A stretch of 64,000 nt of DNA, taken from the NCBI GenBank assembly GCA_964016885.1, contig OZ024744.1, positions 130,820,001-130,884,000 on the forward strand, written 5' to 3'. The position numbers and the translations under genes were made by a program. Under the pieces are notes generated by a model that saw only the letters and a list, made by a program, of their open reading frames with translations, was not told the origin of the DNA and did not search any database. This document shows, piece after piece, positions 59,518-64,000 of this stretch (positions within the stretch are counted from its first letter, which is position 1; each line of letters starts with the position of its first letter). The stretch comes from Eledone cirrhosa. Lineage: Eukaryota.

Positions 59518-60521
59518 AGTCGGGGTTAAGTTAAGTTGGCGTTAAGTTAAGTTAGGCTTAACTTAAGTTGGGGTTCAGTTAAGTTGGGGGTAAGTTAAGT
59601 TGGGGGTAAGTTAAGTTGGGGGTAAGTTAAGTTGGGGTTAAGTTAAGTTGCGGTTAAGTTGGGGTTAAGTTAAGTTAGGGTTAAGTTAAGTTGGGGTTGA
59701 GTTAAGTTGGGGTTAATTAAGTGGTGGTTATGTTAAGTTGGGGTTAAGTTAAGTTGGGGTTAAGTTAAGGTGGGGTTAAGTTAAGTTGGGGTTTATTTAA
59801 GTTGGGGTTAAGTTAAGTTGGGGTTCAGTTAAGTTGGGGTTCAGTTAAGTTGGGGTTAAGTTAAGTTGGGGTTAAGATGGGGTTAAATTACGTTGGAGTT
59901 AAATTAAGTTGGGGTTAAGTTAAGTTGGGGTTAAGTTAAGTTGGGGTTAAGTTAAGTCGGGGTTAATTTAAGTCGGGGTTAAGTTAAGTTAGGGTTCAGT
60001 TAAGTTGGGGTTAAGTTAAGTTGGGGTTGAGTTAAGTTGGGGTTGAGTTAAATTGGGGTTCAGTTAAGTTGGGGTTGAGTTAAGTTGGTGTTGAGTTAAG
60101 TTGGGGTTAAGTTAAATTGGGGTTAAATTAAGTTGCAGTTAAGTTAAGTTGAGGTTAAGTTAAGGTGCGGTTAAGTTAAGTTGGGGTTAAGTTAAGTTGG
60201 GGCTAAGTTAAGTTGGGGCTAAGTTAAGTTGGGGCTAAGTTAAGTTGGGGTTAAGTTAAGTTGGGGTTAAGTTAAGTCGGGGTTAAGTTAAGTTGGGGTT
60301 AAGTTAAGTTGGGGTTAATTTAAGTTGGGGTTAAGTTATGTTGGGGTTAAGTTAAGTTGGGTTTAAGTTAAGTTGGGGTTAAGTTAAGTTGGGGTTAAGT
60401 TAAGTTGGGGTTAAGTTAAGTTGGTTAGTTAAGTTGAGTTTAAGTTAAGTTGGGGTTAATTTAAGTTGGGGTTAAGTTAAGTTGGGGTTAAGGTAAGTTG
60501 GGGTTAAGTTAAGTTGGGGTT

Positions 60522-60696
60522 AACCCCAACTTAACTTAACCCCAACTTCACTCAACCCCAACGTAACTCAACCCCAACTTAACTTAACCCCAACTTCACT
60601 CAACCCCAACTTAACTTAACCCCAACTTCACTCAACCCCAACTTCCAACTTGACTTAACCCCAACTTAACTTAGCCCCAACTTAACTTAAGCCCAA
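60522..60696 (-). repeat. Inverted satellite cassette 23 (flank type D)
   Basis: Same 175-bp C-rich block and junctions. Confidence 0.97.
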
Positions 60697-62674
60697 AGTC
60701 GGGGTTAAGTTAAGTTGGCGTTAAGTTAAGTTAGGCTTAACTTAAGTTGGGGTTCAGTTAAGTTGGGGGTAAGTTAAGTTGGGGGTAAGTTAAGTTGGGG
60801 GTAAGTTAAGTTGGGGTTAAGTTAAGTTGCGGTTAAGTTGGGGTTAAGTTAAGTTAGGGTTAAGTTAAGTTGGGGTTGAGTTAAGTTGGGGTTAATTAAG
60901 TGGTGGTTATGTTAAGTTGGGGTTAAGTTAAGTTGGGGTTAAGTTAAGTTGGGGTTAAGTTAAGTTGGGGTAAAGTTGGGGTTGAGTTAAGTTGGGGTTG
61001 AGTGAAGTTGGGGTTAAGTTAAGTTGGGGTTAAGTTAAGTTGGGGTTAAGATAAGTCGGGGTTAAGTTAAGTTGTGGTTGAGTTAAGTTGGGGTTAATTT
61101 AAGTTGGGGCTAAGTTAATTTGTGGTTAAGTTAAGTTGGGGTTAAGTTAAGTTGGGGTTAAGTTAAGTTGGGGTTGAGTTAAGTTGGGGTTGAGTTAATT
61201 TGGGGTTAAGTTAAGTTGGGGTTAAGTTAAGTTGGGTTTAAGTTAAGTTGGGGTTAAATTAAGTTGGGGTTAAATTAAGTTGGGGTTAATTTAAGTTGGG
61301 GGTAAGTTAAGTTGGGGGCAAGTTAAGTTGGGGTTAATTTAAGTTGGGGTTAAATTAAGTTGGGTTACGTTAAGTTGGTGTTAAGTTAAGTTGGGGTTAA
61401 TTTAAGTTGGGGTTAATTAAGTTGGGGTTAAGTTAAGTTGGGGTTAAGTTAAGTTGGAGTTAATTTAAGTTGGGGTTGAGTTAAGTTGGGGTTAAGTTAA
61501 GTTGGGGTTATATTAAGTTGGGGTTAAGTTAAGTTGGGGTTCAGTTAAGTTGGGGTTAAGTTAAGTTGGGGTTAAGTTAAGTTGGTGTTAAGTTAAGTTG
61601 GGGTTAAGTTAAGTTGGGGTTAAGATAAGTCGGGGTTAAGTTAAGTTGTGGTTGAATGAAGTTGGGGTTAAGTTAAGTTGGGGTTAAGTTAAGTTGGGGT
61701 TAAGATAAGTCGGGGTTAAGTTAAGTTGTGGTTGAGTTAAGTTGGGGTTGAGTTAATTTGGGGTTAAGTTAAGTTGGGGTTAAGTTAAGTTGGGTTTAAG
61801 TTAAGTTGGGGTTAAATTAAGTTGGGGTTAAATTAAGTTGGGGTTAAGTTAAGTTGGGGGTAAGTTAAGTTGGGGGCAAGTTAAGTTGGGGTTAATTTAA
61901 GTTGGTGTTAAGTTAAGTTGGGGCTAAGTTAAGTTGGGGCTGAGTTAAGTTGGGGCTGAGTTAAGTTGGGGCTAAGTTAAGTTGGGGTTGAGTTAAGTTG
62001 GGGTTAAGTTAAGTTGGGGTTAAGTTAAGTTGGGGTTAAGTTAAGTTAGGTTTAAGTTAAGTTGGGGTTAAGTTAAGTTGGGGTTAAGTTAAGTTGGGGT
62101 TAAGTTAAGTTGGGGTTAAGTTAAGTTGGGGTTAAGTTAATTTGTGGTTAAGTTAAGTTGTGGTTAAGTTAAGTTGGGGTTAAGTTAAGTTGGGCTTAAG
62201 TTAAGTCGGGGTTAAGTTAAGTTGGGGTTAAGTTAAGTTGGGGTTAATTTAAGTTGGGGTTAAGTTAAGTTGGGGTTAAGTTAAGTTGGGTTTAAGTTAA
62301 GTTGGGGTTAAGTTAAGTTGAGGTTAAGTTAAGTTGGGGTTAAATTAAGTTGGGGTTAAGTTAAGTTGGGGTTAAGTTAAGTTGGGGTTAAGTTAAGTTG
62401 GGGTTAAGTTAAGTTGGGGCTAAGTTAAGTTGGGGCTGAGTTAAGTTGGGGTTAAGTTAAATTGGGGTTAAGTTAAGTTGGGGTTAAGTTAAGTTGGGGT
62501 TAAGTTAAGTTGGGGTTTATTTAAGTTGGGGTTAAGTTAAGTTGGGGTTAAGTTAAGTTGGGGTTAAGTTAAGTTGGTTAGTTAAGTTGAGTTTAAGTTA
62601 AGTTGGGGTTAATTTAATTTGGGGTTAAGTTAAGTTGGGGTTAAGTTAAGTTGGGGTTAAGTTAAGTTGGGGTT

Positions 62675-62849
62675 AACCCCAACTTAACTTAACCCCAACT
62701 TCACTCAACCCCAACGTAACTCAACCCCAACTTAACTTAACCCCAACTTCACTCAACCCCAACTTAACTTAACCCCAACTTCACTCAACCCGAACTTCCA
62801 ACTTGACTTAACCCCAACTTAACTTAGCCCCAACTTAACTTAAGCCCAA
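62675..62849 (-). repeat. Inverted satellite cassette 24 (flank type D; private variant CCCGAACTT)
   Basis: Same block, with G at 62792. Confidence 0.97.
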
Positions 62850-64000
62850 AGTCGGGGTTAAGTTAAGTTGGCGTTAAGTTAAGTTAGGCTTAACTTAAGT
62901 TGGGGTTCAGTTAAGTTGGGGGTAAGTTAAGTTGGGGGTAAGTTAAGTTGGGGGTAAGTTAAGTTGGGGTTAAGTTAAGTTGCGGTTAAGTTGGGGTTAA
63001 GTTAAGTTAGGGTTAAGTTAAGTTGGGGTTGAGTTAAGTTGGGGTTAATTAAGTGGTGGTTATGTTAAGTTGGGGTTAAGTTAAGTTGGGGTTAAGTTAA
63101 GTTGGGGTTAAGTTAAGTTGGGGTAAAGTTGGGGTTGAGTTAAGTTGGGGTTGAGTGAAGTTGGGGTTAAGTTAAGTTGGGGTTAAGTTAAGTTGGGGTT
63201 AAGATAAGTCGGGGTTAAGTTAAGTTGTGGTTGAGTTAAGTTGGGGTTAATTTAAGTTGGGGCTAAGTTAATTTGTGGTTAAGTTAAGTTGGGGTTAAGT
63301 TAAGTTGGGGTTAAGTTAAGTTGGGGTTGAATTAAGTTGGGGTTGAGTTAATTTGGGGTTAAGTTAAGTTGGGGTTAAGTTAAGTTGGGTTTAAGTTAAG
63401 TTGGGGTTAAATTAAGTTGGGGTTAAATTAAGTTGGGGTTAAGTTAAGTTGGGGGTAAGTTAAGTTGGGGGCAAGTTAAGTTGGGGTTAATTTAAGTTGG
63501 GGTTAAATTAAGTTGGGGTTACGTTAAGTTGGTGTTAAGTTAAGTTGGGGTTAATTTAAGTTGGGGTTAATTAAGTTGGGGTTAAGTTAAGTTGGGGTTA
63601 AGTTAAGTTGGGGTTAATTTAAGTTGGGGTTGAGTTAAGTTGGGGTTAAGTTAAGTTGGGGTTAATTTAAGTTGGGGTTAAGTTAAGTTGGGGTTCAGTT
63701 AAGTTGGGGTTAAGTTAAGTTGGGGTTAAGTTAAGTTGAGGTTAAGTTAAGTTGGGGTTAAGTTAAGTTGGTGTTAAGTTAAGTTGGGGCTAAGTTAAGT
63801 TGGGGCTGAGTTAAGTTGGGGCTGAGTTAAGTTGGGGCTAAGTTAAGTTGGGGTTGAGTTAAGTTGGGGTTAAGTTAAGTTGGGGTTAAGTTAAGTTGGG
63901 GTTAAGTTAAGTTGGGGTTCAGTTAAGTTGGGGTTAAGTTAAGTTGGGGTTAAGTTAAGTTGAGGTTAAGTTAAGTTGGGGTTAAGTTAAGTTGGTGTTA

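Larger units (their letters stand above)
1..64000 (+). repeat. G-rich 16-bp satellite array (TTAAGTTAAGTTGGGG)n, telomere-like, extending beyond both window ends
   Basis: The consensus is directly readable throughout, with recurrent variant monomers (GGGGCTGAG, GGGGTTGAG, TTAATTT, GTCGGGG, 11-bp TTAAGTTGGGG, 13-bp GGTTAGTTAAGTT). C is almost absent from the + strand outside the inverted cassettes. Confidence 0.99.

Noticed and set aside
3883-62849. Cassettes as long-read fold-back chimeras
   Set aside because: Chimeras would mirror the adjacent flank and vary in length. These have a fixed length, their own variants and lineage-specific flanks. Raw-read confirmation is still advisable.
1-64000. 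Protein-coding ORFs on either strand
   Set aside because: TTAA places TAA stops on both strands twice per monomer, and the 16-bp period cycles them through all frames. ATG is almost absent.
1-64000. CRISPR array (cassettes as repeats with variable spacers)
   Set aside because: There are no unique spacers, the sizes are far outside the CRISPR range, and there are no cas genes or leader.
1-64000. Actively telomerase-synthesised terminal tract
   Set aside because: Ordered variants copied over kb-scale HORs and inversions imply recombinational amplification rather than addition from a short RNA template.

Overview
The whole 64 kb is one non-coding, strand-asymmetric tandem repeat with a 16-bp consensus monomer TTAAGTTAAGTTGGGG (T6 A4 G6 C0; about 4,000 copies). 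It looks like a eukaryotic telomere-like or centromeric satellite, but the organism and chromosomal position cannot be determined from the sequence. I found no genes, RNA genes, transposons or unique sequence. The array is highly organised. (1) It contains 24 near-identical 175-bp inverted cassettes in which the satellite flips to the opposite strand. Each begins at a loop-less fold-back junction (GGGGTT|AACCCC) that forms a 54-bp perfect palindrome (52 bp in one copy). (2) Stereotyped variant monomers define nested higher-order repeats of 75 bp, 288 bp, 3,679 bp, about 4.65 kb and about 11.3 kb. (3) The array falls into three spatial domains, distinguished by cassette flank types and diagnostic variants, with boundaries near 39.7 kb and 51-53 kb. 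All coordinates and offsets were counted by eye and should be confirmed with a dot-plot or monomer decomposition.
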